From a virus (lineage: Duplodnaviria; Caudoviricetes), in the IMG/VR virus record IMGVR_UViG_3300042938_001279, positions 1 through 60,562 of that record: a stretch of DNA of 60,562 nucleotides; one strand, given 5' to 3'. Both the position numbers and the translations under genes were made by a program. This document shows, one piece after another, positions 26,494 to 36,642 of this stretch (position 1 is its first letter; each line of letters starts with the position of its first letter). The notes under the pieces are model-generated. The model ran no database searches, was not told the origin of the DNA, and saw only the letters and a list, made by a program, of their open reading frames with translations.

Positions 26494-29400
26494 TCAGTAT
26501 GGCCTCGTCAGCGTGGATGGGGTCGCCTGATTGTATCTGGTCCTCAAGAAGCGGATGCGTTCCTCGGGGGTCAGTGCGTGGAACGGTTTGCGCGACTGCA
26601 TCTCTCTGGCAGCCATCGGGCTCATGCTGCCTGCTTCGCTTGCATCTTGATCACCTCCGCCCTTTCCTCCCGGTGCTGGAAAGAACGGATCGACGTTGGT
26701 GTTGCTGATTCCCTGACGAAGGGCATTGATGATCGCACCTCCGCCAACGGTTGCACCCACGACGGCTGCCGCCTTCCAGGGAAGCCTCCTCGCTGGCTTG
26801 CCAGGCTTGGCGTCCGCCTCGGGCTTCGGCTGGTCCACGGCAGTCGCTGCGTCGGCATCAGCAGTCACATCCAAATCGGGTGACGCGACAGTGTCTCCTT
26901 CAGGGGCCGATTCGGCATTCAGGTCTGGCGATGCCGCTTCGGCTTCTACAGGAACCTCGGCCTCACCCGGCTTGGGGTCTACATCGGCTTTGCTGTCTAC
27001 GCGAACGACGGCGTCATCGACTTCGTTTTCAGGAGCGCCGTACATCGCATCGACTTCGTCTTCAGGTTCGTCTTCAGGAGCGCCGTACATCGGGTCATCA
27101 AACTCGCTTGCCGTTTCCACTGGGGCCTTGGCCTCGGGGGCCGGAGAGGCGTCCGCCGGGTCAGCAGGCGCGGCCTCTTGCTCGGGCTGCGAAGCGACCT
27201 GATCAACCGGCTCCTGGCCAGCGGGCTCCTGCTTCTCCGACATGGACTCCAGGCCTGCGGTGTCATCCGCGGGGGCTGGGCCCACCTCCCTAGGCTCAGA
27301 GCCCTTCTTCGGAGCTGGCGTCTTCTTGTCGCCACGGGACGCTTCGAGCTTCTCGTTGATGTCGTCCAGCTTCCTCTGCATCGCCGGGTCGTCGGAGCCA
27401 TTGACCAGCGTGGCCATGTACTCCTGAAGTGCGGCCGATTCCTTGGCGGTCCGCTTCGACTTTGAGGCCACCTTGGACATGGCGATGTGCGGGTCCGGGC
27501 CGAGCTTCGGGGGCCGGGGCTTCGGGGTATCCTTTGCCGCCACCTTCTCCTGAAGCTCAGCCATGCGGTTCTTGCCAGCCGGGGCCGGGGCCGGAGAACC
27601 GGACTGCTTCTCGTATGCTTTGATCGCACCATCAAGACGCAGCAGTTCCTTGGAGGCTGCCTTGGCGGAAGCTGTGCCGGAGTTTGTGGCGATCTCCCTC
27701 CTCATCCGATTGGCTTCGGCCTTGGCTGCGGCGAGTGCTTCGGGAGAAACCTGGCCAGAGCCGAGGGTGGCGATGTGGCCCGATGCCGGTTGTGCTTTGG
27801 CGAACAGGCGGGACTTGGTGCTCCAGATGCGGGTGGGTGATGGCATCCACTCTCCGCTTGCCATCTTGTTGAAGTTGTTGGGGATGCCTTCGGGTGCAGC
27901 CGGGTTCTGTCCAAACTCCCGCAGGTACATCGCGCGGATGGCTTCGTACTTGTCGTCCAGCGTCCCGGGCTCGATACCCTTTTCCTCAAGGGTGGCGGAG
28001 TCCTGGGTGAACTGCTGGTTCGGGCTGTCCACGATCGGCCGGTCCACGCGGTTCTTGGAAGCGGCCACCTGCCTGGCGTCTTGCTTGGCGAGGTCGGCAG
28101 AGAGCTGCTCGTTGTTGGTCTTAGCCTTCTTTGTTGCAGGCTCGTTTCGGTTGAAGTTCACAGGGTCACCTGCCAGCGTCTCAGGAAGAGAGCCGTCGTC
28201 GATCGGGACTTCGTCTTCTCCAAAGCCTACTTCCTCAGCTTCGTCACCAGTCCCCTTCGTTGCCTTCCTGACTTGAGCATCTTCCATGAATTGCTCACGA
28301 CGACCGGGCGTGAAGAAGTGGTCGTCCATCAGCTCTTGGCCAGACATTCTTCGGATGTCCGACACCTCATCCATGAAGCCTGGGCTGGCTTGGCTGAACA
28401 TGCTTTCGAGCAGATTTCTGGACTGCTCCTGCGGCGTCCTCCCGTTGATGCCGGAGCCCTCCTCCATGGGCGAGTTGGCAGTGGCACCCTCAGCCTTCAT
28501 GCGTTCCCACAGTCGCTCCAGTGCGTTTCGCCGGAGGTTGTCGCTTTCGCTGTAGAGGAAGTCGTGAAGGTTCTTGTCGAACTGCTCCTGCGGCGTCCTG
28601 TCCTGAGCCAGCATCGCGGGGAGTTCGCGGTCAGACCGGGCCATGACCCTCGGCGGGATCGGTTCCCTGTCGGTCTTCCCTGCATCAAAGTCGGCCTTCT
28701 GCTGCTCGTACTTCCTAATCGCTTCGATCTGGCTGAAGGTCTTGGGGTCCACGAGATGGCGTGCATCTTCGTAGGGAACTTCATCCATGACGCGAACGGG
28801 CGTCGGTCGTGACGTGTCTGACAAGGCAGGAAGATCGGCGGGCGACTCCGGGAACGAAATGGAGTTCTCTCGGAGGATCGTCTGCATTTGGGGAATCGAC
28901 ATGCCCTGGGCTTGCTTGGTCAGGAACCTCCCCATGTCGCTGTTCGGGCTGACCGCATTCATCTTGCCGCCGGGCATGGTCTTCCCGGTCATGAGCTGCT
29001 GAGCGGTGAGCCTCTCCAGCTCCTGCCGGTATGCACGAGCGTCCTGAGGCAGCCGTTCCGGGATGTCCACGACGGTGGTGTTGAAATACTTGTCGAGCGG
29101 CTTGTTGACCTGCGAGCCGGGCTCGGAGTGAAAGGCAGGCTTGCCCTCTCGGTCTGTCTTGATGAGCTCGTCGTCCACGGCGCCAGCCGGGGCCGGGTAC
29201 CGCGGCGGAGGGATCACGACACCGGGGTCCTGGGGGGCCCACTCGTCTGCCCCCGTTCCTCCAAGCGTCCGCTCTCTGAAGCTCTCGCCTGACGGCTCTT
29301 CGTCTGAAACTCGGTAGGCTTCTTCTCCCCCGCGTCCAGGCATTCGCTCTGTCTTGGTCGTGCTGTCGCCGCTATTGACGCGCTCGACCTCCGCCATTCG

Positions 29401-30123
29401 CTCGGGGTTCCATTCGCCATCATGGAGAACCTTGACGAGGTCGTCGGCCATCGAGGACCAGCCAACAGCCACTCGGCCACCGGCGCCTGTTGGCGAAGTG
29501 CGCTCGTTCGGGAACTCGTTGGCGATTGCCCGGTAGACGTGATCCTTCCCCTCATCCGGGAGACGATCGAACTCGTCCTTGATGCGAACCGCGAACATCG
29601 GGTCTTCGTGAAACAGCGATTCCAGGAGAGCGTGAGCGCGGCCCCCGTCGCTGACGCCACGCTCCCTTGCGCGGATCGTCCGCTGCCCGGTCTTCGGGTC
29701 ATACTGCAACCCGGTCTTGGTGGACCTAGAAGTGCTCTTCTGGTGCAGGATGATGTCCATGAGCTGCTGAATGGCGGTCTTCTGAGCCCACCCCATGCCG
29801 CCGTCTTCGGTCGGAAGCTGCCGTAGTTGGCTGGTTCCGTGCCCGAGGTTGCCATCGACGCGAGTCTCGCCTGGGTCTGCAAGCCGGATGCGCGAGATGT
29901 TGTCGCCCGGCTTCTGGTAGCTGATCGGCGGGATGCCAAGCTCCGCCCGCATGGCGTTGATGTCCGCCTCGATCTCCGAGATGCGTGCGGGGTCCATGTC
30001 TGGAGAGAGAATGGGCGGTTCGACGGGCAGCCTGGGCGCGGCCTTTCCCCGGATGGGCCGGTCGCCCTTGCTCACTCGCTGGCCAGCATCAAGAGCCTTG
30101 GATACGTTCTTAGGAGTAGCCAT
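26494..30123 (-). CDS. putative internal virion protein (1209 aa), low complexity, C-terminal TM-like segment
   Basis: Context, WKAAAVVGATVGGGAIINAL, internal MYGAPE and RTPQEQ duplications. Confidence 0.65.
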   Translation of the reverse strand: MATPKNVSKALDAGQRVSKGDRPIRGKAAPRLPVEPPILSPDMDPARISEIEADINAMRAELGIPPISYQKPGDNISRIRLADPGETRVDGNLGHGTSQLRQLPTEDGGMGWAQKTAIQQLMDIILHQKSTSRSTKTGLQYDPKTGQRTIRARERGVSDGGRAHALLESLFHEDPMFAVRIKDEFDRLPDEGKDHVYRAIANEFPNERTSPTGAGGRVAVGWSSMADDLVKVLHDGEWNPERMAEVERVNSGDSTTKTERMPGRGGEEAYRVSDEEPSGESFRERTLGGTGADEWAPQDPGVVIPPPRYPAPAGAVDDELIKTDREGKPAFHSEPGSQVNKPLDKYFNTTVVDIPERLPQDARAYRQELERLTAQQLMTGKTMPGGKMNAVSPNSDMGRFLTKQAQGMSIPQMQTILRENSISFPESPADLPALSDTSRPTPVRVMDEVPYEDARHLVDPKTFSQIEAIRKYEQQKADFDAGKTDREPIPPRVMARSDRELPAMLAQDRTPQEQFDKNLHDFLYSESDNLRRNALERLWERMKAEGATANSPMEEGSGINGRTPQEQSRNLLESMFSQASPGFMDEVSDIRRMSGQELMDDHFFTPGRREQFMEDAQVRKATKGTGDEAEEVGFGEDEVPIDDGSLPETLAGDPVNFNRNEPATKKAKTNNEQLSADLAKQDARQVAASKNRVDRPIVDSPNQQFTQDSATLEEKGIEPGTLDDKYEAIRAMYLREFGQNPAAPEGIPNNFNKMASGEWMPSPTRIWSTKSRLFAKAQPASGHIATLGSGQVSPEALAAAKAEANRMRREIATNSGTASAKAASKELLRLDGAIKAYEKQSGSPAPAPAGKNRMAELQEKVAAKDTPKPRPPKLGPDPHIAMSKVASKSKRTAKESAALQEYMATLVNGSDDPAMQRKLDDINEKLEASRGDKKTPAPKKGSEPREVGPAPADDTAGLESMSEKQEPAGQEPVDQVASQPEQEAAPADPADASPAPEAKAPVETASEFDDPMYGAPEDEPEDEVDAMYGAPENEVDDAVVRVDSKADVDPKPGEAEVPVEAEAASPDLNAESAPEGDTVASPDLDVTADADAATAVDQPKPEADAKPGKPARRLPWKAAAVVGATVGGGAIINALRQGISNTNVDPFFPAPGGKGGGDQDASEAGSMSPMAAREMQSRKPFHALTPEERIRFLRTRYNQATPSTLTRPY

Positions 30124-30434
30124 CAGGATTCCTTCTTGCCTTTGCTCTTGCTGTGCTTGGTGAACTCAAGCCCCCTCGGCATGTCGTCCTTCGTGACCTT
30201 TGGAGACTTGCCGCCGCCCTGCTCCGCGGCGAGGTCCACGAGATCGTCGTTTTCCTTCGACTCTTCTTCGGCTTCGTCGTCGTCGTCTTCGTCATCCGGC
30301 TTGTCTGACTCCTCGGCCTCTTTCTTTTTCCTGGCGCCGTGCGTCATGGCTGCTGAAGCCGCGTGGCGAAGAGCCAGCCGGAGCTGCCTGGGCGTCATCT
30401 CGTCTGGATCGAGTCCAATGAAGTGGTGTGACAT
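30123..30434 (-). CDS. acidic hypothetical protein
   Basis: AGGA RBS, coupled. Confidence 0.65.
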   Translation of the reverse strand: MSHHFIGLDPDEMTPRQLRLALRHAASAAMTHGARKKKEAEESDKPDDEDDDDEAEEESKENDDLVDLAAEQGGGKSPKVTKDDMPRGLEFTKHSKSKGKKES

Positions 30435-30438
30435 CGTG

Positions 30439-30909
30439 TCATTCCGTCCTGGAAAGGAGTGCGAGCCGGAGTTGCTGCCAGGCCTGTTGCTGGGCAAGGT
30501 TCATGTTCATGTTGCCGGACATCCGGGCCATCTGCTTCTGGAAGTTGGCCTGATTCATCCCAGTCTGGAGGCCGTAGTTGCTGTTGAGTCGGCCTTGGAC
30601 CCTCTGTTCGTATTCGCCTTGCTGATTGGCGTTGAACATCTGGTCTTCTGCCCTGATGCCAGCCGCTTGCTGAGCGCCATCGCCAACACCGCTGGCCTGC
30701 TGCTGAGCTGCCTGCATCTGCTGCTGAGCTCCGGCAGAGAACCCCTGCGGAGCGACCATCCCGGGACGGACGGCACCCTTCCGGTACCCGGCGGCAGTGG
30801 CGTTGTTGGCCGCTGCTTCCGTGACGGAGTCGGCAATCTTCCTGGGAGGTGCAAGTCCGGCGAGCGCAGATACCTGGTGCGGCTTCTGTGCTGCCTTGGG
30901 AGGCGTCAT
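30439..30909 (-). CDS. Gln/Ala-rich putative ejection protein
   Basis: Composition and context. Confidence 0.6.
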   Translation of the reverse strand: MTPPKAAQKPHQVSALAGLAPPRKIADSVTEAAANNATAAGYRKGAVRPGMVAPQGFSAGAQQQMQAAQQQASGVGDGAQQAAGIRAEDQMFNANQQGEYEQRVQGRLNSNYGLQTGMNQANFQKQMARMSGNMNMNLAQQQAWQQLRLALLSRTE

Positions 30910-30926
30910 TCGCGGGTCGGATGAGA

Positions 30927-31364
30927 TCACGAGAGCAGACCGAGCAATCCGGTCCTCCATTGGTTTTGCATCTCCATCCTCTGACGCGCGACCTCTTGGG
31001 CCATCCCCATCTGACTCACCTGCTGGCTCACCGCTTGCTGGTATCGCTGCATCCGCTGGGCTCGCCCTTGCTGCGTGAGCTGCTCTTTCTGGGACTGAAG
31101 CTGGCCTTGAAGCTGTGCGTTCTGGGTTGCGGCGCCGCGAGCCACGTTCGCCTTGCCCTGCATCATCTGGCCCTTGGCGAAGTCCTGGACGGCTTGGTTG
31201 CCGGTCGCAGTCCCGGTGTTCGGCTTGACCTGGGCGTCGTGCTGGTACCCCTGAAGAACGGCGCCCGTGTTGATGCCCTGACCATTGGCATTCATTTGCG
31301 CCTGGTAGCCCTGCGGAGAAGGCATTCGCGGGCTGGGCATCTTGGGAGGCTTTTGGTTGATCAT
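30927..31364 (-). CDS. Gln-rich putative ejection protein
   Basis: Composition and context. Confidence 0.6.
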   Translation of the reverse strand: MINQKPPKMPSPRMPSPQGYQAQMNANGQGINTGAVLQGYQHDAQVKPNTGTATGNQAVQDFAKGQMMQGKANVARGAATQNAQLQGQLQSQKEQLTQQGRAQRMQRYQQAVSQQVSQMGMAQEVARQRMEMQNQWRTGLLGLLS

Positions 31365-31368
31365 CGGT

Positions 31369-31938
31369 TTACCCGAGGAGTGAGCTGCGGAGAGGGTCGA
31401 ACGCATCAACCGGCTTACCGTTGACGGTCTTCGATCCCCCGAGGCCAGCCGCTCGCATGAGGGCTGCGTTCTTTGCTTGCTTGGCCTGGAGGTTTTGCTG
31501 GTTCATGGCCATGCTGGCCTGATGCCCGGCCATCTCGGACTGGTGCTTCATGTTTGCCAGGTACTGTTCGTGAGCCATCTGCTCAGAGTCGCGCGCCTGA
31601 CTGACACGGCTGTTCATCTCTCTGGCGATGGCGTCGTTCGTCTGCTGAATCGATGACGCCTGGTTGTTGAAGTGCTCCCGGGCGGCTGGGTGCATGTAGT
31701 CCATCTGCGTCGGAGCGGGCATTTGAGACGGCATCTGCTGGGCTCCGGGCGGCTGGCTGAGCTGCTGCTGCGGCGGGGGCGTTTGATTGCCGAATAGGCC
31801 TGGAGGGGCGACCTTCATCGGGCGGGCTGGCTTGCTTGGCTTTCGGGTTGGCTTGGCTGGCGGCCCGCCTGGCGCAAAGCCCGGCGTCCGCATCAGGTCG
31901 GACACGTCATCTCCGAACACCGGGAAGTTTTCGCTCAT
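31369..31938 (-). CDS. Gln/Pro/Met-rich putative virion protein
   Basis: AGGAG RBS, directly below the late promoter motif. Confidence 0.65.
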   Translation of the reverse strand: MSENFPVFGDDVSDLMRTPGFAPGGPPAKPTRKPSKPARPMKVAPPGLFGNQTPPPQQQLSQPPGAQQMPSQMPAPTQMDYMHPAAREHFNNQASSIQQTNDAIAREMNSRVSQARDSEQMAHEQYLANMKHQSEMAGHQASMAMNQQNLQAKQAKNAALMRAAGLGGSKTVNGKPVDAFDPLRSSLLG

Positions 31939-31951
31939 GGTTGCTCCTGCC

Positions 31952-31976
31952 CCCTATTTATGTCGCCATGACGCCG
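31952..31976 (-). promoter_or_regulatory. putative late promoter (CGGCGTCATGGCGACATAAATAGGG)
   Basis: 25/25 identical to 44611-44635. Confidence 0.7.
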
Positions 31977-32392
31977 CTTTGTCCCTCGGCGTTCTTGCAT
32001 GCCATCAGAATCATGGACTTGGCCCACGTCCGATTGAAAGCTAGGTTTGCGAACACGCCTCGCTTTCTAGCTTCTTCCTCTATCCAATTGATCACAGTTT
32101 CAATGTTGTCTCGAACCCATTGTGATCCAAGCTGATCCATCTTGGCTGCGTGGGCATTGCACTCGCAGTCCCCCTTGGGAACGATCCTGAGCCACGCGAA
32201 CATCTTCTTCAGCTCTGTTCCCGGACCGGCTGGCGGAATCGCCTCTTCTCGCTTGCGGGGGTATGCGTAGTGGGTCTCATCGACCGTGATCATGTCTCCG
32301 TCCCTGGAGACGATGCACATCTCTACTTCGTCCCAGGTGTAGCCGCGCTCGGTGAGTCTGGCCTCGAACTGAGAGACTGGTCCTGTAATCAC
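31958..32392 (-). CDS. conserved phage hypothetical protein
   Basis: ITVDETHYAYP...GPGTELKK...CECNAHA. Confidence 0.75.
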   Translation of the reverse strand: MITGPVSQFEARLTERGYTWDEVEMCIVSRDGDMITVDETHYAYPRKREEAIPPAGPGTELKKMFAWLRIVPKGDCECNAHAAKMDQLGSQWVRDNIETVINWIEEEARKRGVFANLAFNRTWAKSMILMACKNAEGQSGVMAT

Positions 32393-32967
32393 GGAAACAC
32401 CTGCGCAGGGCAGCCTCCGTAGACAGCGTCATTCGGGTAGCACTTTCCGTCGCTGCACGCGATCCCGTTGACGGTCGTGCCCGACTTCAAGTAAAGCGTG
32501 CCGCTCCTCTGGGTGCCCTGGCCGATGTAGTCAGCCATCTCCTGCGACCCAAGACGGCAACTGTCTCGCGGGTCTATGGACACGTTCGGAGGGACGCCTA
32601 TGTAGCCCAACACTGGGTAGTAAATGCGGCAAAGCGTGTAAGGGTTGCTGGCGCCGTATGGCCTCCAGCTCTTGACGTAGGTGCCGGTCGGGCAGACCCC
32701 GTTTCGCTGGTCGATCTCGAAGTAGCAGAATGTCGGGCAGCCGATCTGGCAGTTGGCCTGGCACTCGGCCTGCGTGGCGTAGCCGCCAGCCTGAAGCCTA
32801 AACTCGCACAGGCCAGTGGCTCGGTTGCAGAACCATGTCCCGGGGTCTGGAGGAGGCGGAGGGTCGCAGCACTCGCACGGCGAGTCTGGGTTCAGGTCAA
32901 CGTCTGACCGAACCAGCTTTCCTCCCTTCCGCAGCAGCTTCTTCTTCCGCCGGACGAGCTTGGCCAT
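32389..32967 (-). CDS. Cys-rich hypothetical (virion-associated?) protein
   Basis: Basic N-terminus, CECC and many Cys. Confidence 0.7.
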   Translation of the reverse strand: MAKLVRRKKKLLRKGGKLVRSDVDLNPDSPCECCDPPPPPDPGTWFCNRATGLCEFRLQAGGYATQAECQANCQIGCPTFCYFEIDQRNGVCPTGTYVKSWRPYGASNPYTLCRIYYPVLGYIGVPPNVSIDPRDSCRLGSQEMADYIGQGTQRSGTLYLKSGTTVNGIACSDGKCYPNDAVYGGCPAQVFP

Positions 32968-32968
32968 T

Positions 32969-33607
32969 TCACGCCTCGCAGTCCGTGGTGTTCTTCAGGT
33001 CCTTCTCGATGGCGTCGAGCCGTCTTTTCATCTTGGCCATCTCAGCCGCCTGTAGCTTGAGGACTTCGCAAATGTCTCGCCCCTTGATGAGGCCCATGCC
33101 GTAGTCCTTGCAGCACTTCGGGCACCCGCCAAGGTCTCCGCCTGTCACCAAACGAATGCAGTCGTCCACCTTCTTGCGGAACCACGAGCAGTTGAGCCGC
33201 TCCAGCATCCTCGTCTCGAAACTTGCGAGTGCTGCCTGGATCGCAGACGACACCATCGAATCAATCAAATCCTTGATGGAGTCCCAGTCGATATCGCCGG
33301 GAGTTCCCGGGATTCCTGGCATGCCATCTTTCCCTGCTGTCCCGGTGCCGTTGTACCCCGGCAGCCCATCCTTACCGGCTTTTCCTGTGGCCCCGTCTTT
33401 GGCGTTTGCTTCCTTAGCCTTGGTGGCATTGAAGAAGTCGGGGTTATTGGCTGTCGTGGAATCGTAGGACCGAGGCCCTTGGCTTGTCGGAGTTGGGTTG
33501 TTGGACATGGACAGAAGCCGCTGGGCAATATCCAGGCTGTGACCGGCCGGGATGCCCGCTTGCGTGAAAAGGCCAGCGATCTGTTGCGCGGAGACGTTGC
33601 TGCTCAT
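32969..33607 (-). CDS. collagen-like repeat structural protein
   Basis: GxY triplets (GKAGKDGLPG...GKDGMPGIPGTPG). Confidence 0.7.
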   Translation of the reverse strand: MSSNVSAQQIAGLFTQAGIPAGHSLDIAQRLLSMSNNPTPTSQGPRSYDSTTANNPDFFNATKAKEANAKDGATGKAGKDGLPGYNGTGTAGKDGMPGIPGTPGDIDWDSIKDLIDSMVSSAIQAALASFETRMLERLNCSWFRKKVDDCIRLVTGGDLGGCPKCCKDYGMGLIKGRDICEVLKLQAAEMAKMKRRLDAIEKDLKNTTDCEA

Positions 33608-36600
33608 TCTCCCTCTACCCCCATGACTTCAATTCCGTGAAGGATCACTGGGCCCGAGTCGTCTTGCTGACCAAACAGCTTGACGGCAACGTGAGCATCT
33701 GAGCCGCTGAAGTCCCGGATCGTTCTTCCAGCGAACACGGCGCGAGCCACTCCGTTTGAGTCGCCTTCCTGGTGCGGATTGATCTCCAGGTTGACGTAGG
33801 ACTGCGGCTGCGTTTGGTCTGCGATGAAACCCACGCCGCGATCTCTTCCGGCCACGTTCTTTCTCGGCGTGGTCGAGTTGTTGTAGAAGAGCTGGAGATA
33901 AAGCATGCACTTGGAAAGCGTGGTGCGATGAATCACTGAGACCGTTCTGCTGTTCTGCTGGTCGCCGTTCTTTGCGGTCTCATCTGTGATGAAGGCAAAG
34001 TTCCCTGACTTCCATGACCACGGCACTGGCGTTCCATCGTCGGTCAGGCCTTGCCCAAACTGCACGACACCGGGCTTGCCGGACAACTTCGATGCGCTGG
34101 CTGTGATCTGCGTGATCTGGCCGTCTGCCCCCCTGATCTCCGTTGCGCTGAAGAATTGCGACGGATATCCCTCCAGCCACGAGGTTTTCGTGTCCGGGTC
34201 ATAGACGATCTGCCTGGTCGGAAACTCGCCTTCATCTCCCGTGAAGCAGACATGGATGCGGATGACGCCACAGCCCCTGTCCGATCTCAAGAAAAACCGT
34301 TTCCGCTTAGAGAAGTCGATGGTCGGAAGGCTTGCGTCGGTGTTGGTTCTGACCATGGTTTCAAGAGCATCAAAGAGGCTTTCTGTCTGCCCCTGTTCAT
34401 TGATCTTGTAGAGACCGTCGTCATCAAAGACGTAGGCATCTCCCATGTAGATATCCCAGCACCTCTGATTCAAGCATCCGCGATAGGCAACGAGGGATGT
34501 CGTTGCATTCATGGCTGGGTTGTTCACCCAATTCAGCCTGTTGCAGTGCCGGGCCTGCATGACAAGGACTGCGCCTGCGTAAGGGATCATGGCTGTGATG
34601 TAGTCCGTGTCCCTCACGTTGGTTTGAAGAACCAGCTCGTTTGTTTCGGGCATGGACTCGGGCTCGTCGGCCTCTGAGTACATGATCGTGTTGGGCCTCT
34701 TGCCGGTTGTGTCCACTGCCAGAAGAGTGCGGTCCTGGAACACGATGCCGACCGAGAAGTCCGTGGACGCCACCCCGAATCTGTTTGCGTTGAGACTGCC
34801 ATCGTCCAGCAAGATCGGCATAGCCTCGAACCCGTCTCTGTTCACGTCCGTCAGGTCATAGTCGGAGAGCTTGTCCTCGAAGGGGAGCGTTGCGTCGGTA
34901 AGGGTGGTCACCCTGAAGAGCGTGATTGCTTGATCGCTGGTGCTTCTCCACAGCTCAGTTCCCGTCGCCCACTCAGGCTTTGGGTCCGGGATACGCCATG
35001 TGAGTTTTGCAGCGTGATCTCCGCAGTTCACCTCGTTGACTGGAGAAAGGCTCGACAGGACCGGGCCGCCTGCGTCCTTCGCCACTCTTGCATTCACCCA
35101 CCTGTAGTAGCACTGGTACTTGCCACGAAGAGTTGCTCGCATGATCGCAAGGCCACGAGCTCCGCCTACGTCGCCTTCTGTGTTGAGCAACTTGGGAGCG
35201 AACAGATATGTCTTGTTGGGGTTCTCAAGAAGCAGCTTCGTGATCCTGCCGTAGCAATCCACTTCCGTGTTGATGGTGTCCCCGTCTTCGGTGGTGAAGA
35301 CAGGGGGCGTCATGTAGCCCTTGCCTGCGTTTGCTGGCAGGGGATCAATTTGCCTCTGCTTGTAGGTGTTGAGCTGCGAGATGGTTAGCTTGTCTGGGCA
35401 CCGCGGGTCCGAAATGCAGTAACCGCGAGCTCGGAGCTGGCACGTCGCAGTGGTGTTGCAGTTCGGGCCGTTCGAGTATCCAGCCGAGAATCCAGATGCG
35501 GTGTGCAGCGTGGCGACGATCTCGTCCCCGGGCTCATACCCCGACCCAAAGTCATAGACTTGGGCTGTGATCGTGTAGTCAGCAAGATCAGTTCCGTCGC
35601 CAACCGGGTAGCACTTGAACTTTCCCCAGAAGGCATCCGGGAACATGAAGATGACCTTCGCTCCCCTGCCTTTGCCTCCCGTGGCTGGAACGATGACGCC
35701 GTTACCCTCTCTGGTGTACTCAGACAAGCAGAGCCAGTAGTAGAGCGGGTACTCGAATATCTCCCAGAAGACCGCTCCGGTGTCTGGGTCTCCTGCCGCA
35801 AACCCCTTCTTCAGCTTCAGGGCGGCGGCGGCGCCAGTCCCTGTGACCGCAAGCCCGGGTTGATCCCGGAACTGCACGCACGCAGTGGACGTGTAGCCAG
35901 TTCCTCCGTCAGTGACCTCGACTTCGGAGACTTGAGCATTGCCGATCCGGGCGATGGCCTTGGCCTGGCGGCCTGGACCGTTGTAGGGCTTTTCGTATGG
36001 AGTGCCCGCTGGGTCCAGCGAGAGTGCTGTGGCCCAGGGAGGGATCACGCTTTCGGTCGTGTTGGTGAACGGCCCCGAGGTGGCGGCGTTGCTCTGGCCT
36101 GGAGGGGGCCCGACGTAGACCGCAGGCGGCAGGTGATACCCGTTGCCAACGTCCGTTAGATCGATGCGGGCGACGTAGAAGCTGGGGCTGGAGTCGATTG
36201 CGATGACTGGCTTCGTGGCTGGGGCAGCCAAGCCCACTGGTCTAAGGCTTCCGTCACGGCTGCGTACAAGCCCCTGATTCCCGTGCCCCTGGTAGATGTA
36301 GACTTCGCCCCTCCGCCCCTGACAGAACGAGACCGGAAACTCCGGCCTGAGCGCGGTGCGCTTTTGGGAAACAGTCGCTTCAGTTCCGACAAGGTTTGTG
36401 ATCTCCAGGATGTTTCCAGCGTCATCGAACGCCATGACAGTGTCCGTGCTCCCGGACCCCACCGACAGCCCCCACATCTCCAGGAGCTTGTTTGCCACGC
36501 TCAGGATGGTCTTCATCCCGCCCCTGACAGTGAGCTGACCGGGGACCAGCGACATGACATTGAACTGCTCGGTGGCTGCACCGGGAGGGAGTTTGTAGGC

Positions 36601-36642
36601 GCTGGCAGCCTGGTACAGGCCAAGGAAGTTGGAGATTTTCAT
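33604..36642 (-). CDS. tail nozzle / tail tubular protein B-like (beta-propeller) protein
   Basis: 1012 aa, IMYSEADEPES motif, follows the adaptor gene. Confidence 0.7.
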   Translation of the reverse strand: MKISNFLGLYQAASAYKLPPGAATEQFNVMSLVPGQLTVRGGMKTILSVANKLLEMWGLSVGSGSTDTVMAFDDAGNILEITNLVGTEATVSQKRTALRPEFPVSFCQGRRGEVYIYQGHGNQGLVRSRDGSLRPVGLAAPATKPVIAIDSSPSFYVARIDLTDVGNGYHLPPAVYVGPPPGQSNAATSGPFTNTTESVIPPWATALSLDPAGTPYEKPYNGPGRQAKAIARIGNAQVSEVEVTDGGTGYTSTACVQFRDQPGLAVTGTGAAAALKLKKGFAAGDPDTGAVFWEIFEYPLYYWLCLSEYTREGNGVIVPATGGKGRGAKVIFMFPDAFWGKFKCYPVGDGTDLADYTITAQVYDFGSGYEPGDEIVATLHTASGFSAGYSNGPNCNTTATCQLRARGYCISDPRCPDKLTISQLNTYKQRQIDPLPANAGKGYMTPPVFTTEDGDTINTEVDCYGRITKLLLENPNKTYLFAPKLLNTEGDVGGARGLAIMRATLRGKYQCYYRWVNARVAKDAGGPVLSSLSPVNEVNCGDHAAKLTWRIPDPKPEWATGTELWRSTSDQAITLFRVTTLTDATLPFEDKLSDYDLTDVNRDGFEAMPILLDDGSLNANRFGVASTDFSVGIVFQDRTLLAVDTTGKRPNTIMYSEADEPESMPETNELVLQTNVRDTDYITAMIPYAGAVLVMQARHCNRLNWVNNPAMNATTSLVAYRGCLNQRCWDIYMGDAYVFDDDGLYKINEQGQTESLFDALETMVRTNTDASLPTIDFSKRKRFFLRSDRGCGVIRIHVCFTGDEGEFPTRQIVYDPDTKTSWLEGYPSQFFSATEIRGADGQITQITASASKLSGKPGVVQFGQGLTDDGTPVPWSWKSGNFAFITDETAKNGDQQNSRTVSVIHRTTLSKCMLYLQLFYNNSTTPRKNVAGRDRGVGFIADQTQPQSYVNLEINPHQEGDSNGVARAVFAGRTIRDFSGSDAHVAVKLFGQQDDSGPVILHGIEVMGVEGE

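Noticed and set aside
24954-26708. Long antisense ORFs (also 3426-4598, 6167-7492, 45935-47215, 47956-49455, 54320-55591, 58156-59517)
   Set aside because: These are shadows of real genes on the opposite strand in GC-rich DNA, with no RBS or motifs.
21382-30123. Virion RNA polymerase in the large ejection proteins
   Set aside because: No DxDGD/DFDxD or T7-type motifs seen, and the sizes are far below N4 vRNAP. It cannot be claimed without structure searches.
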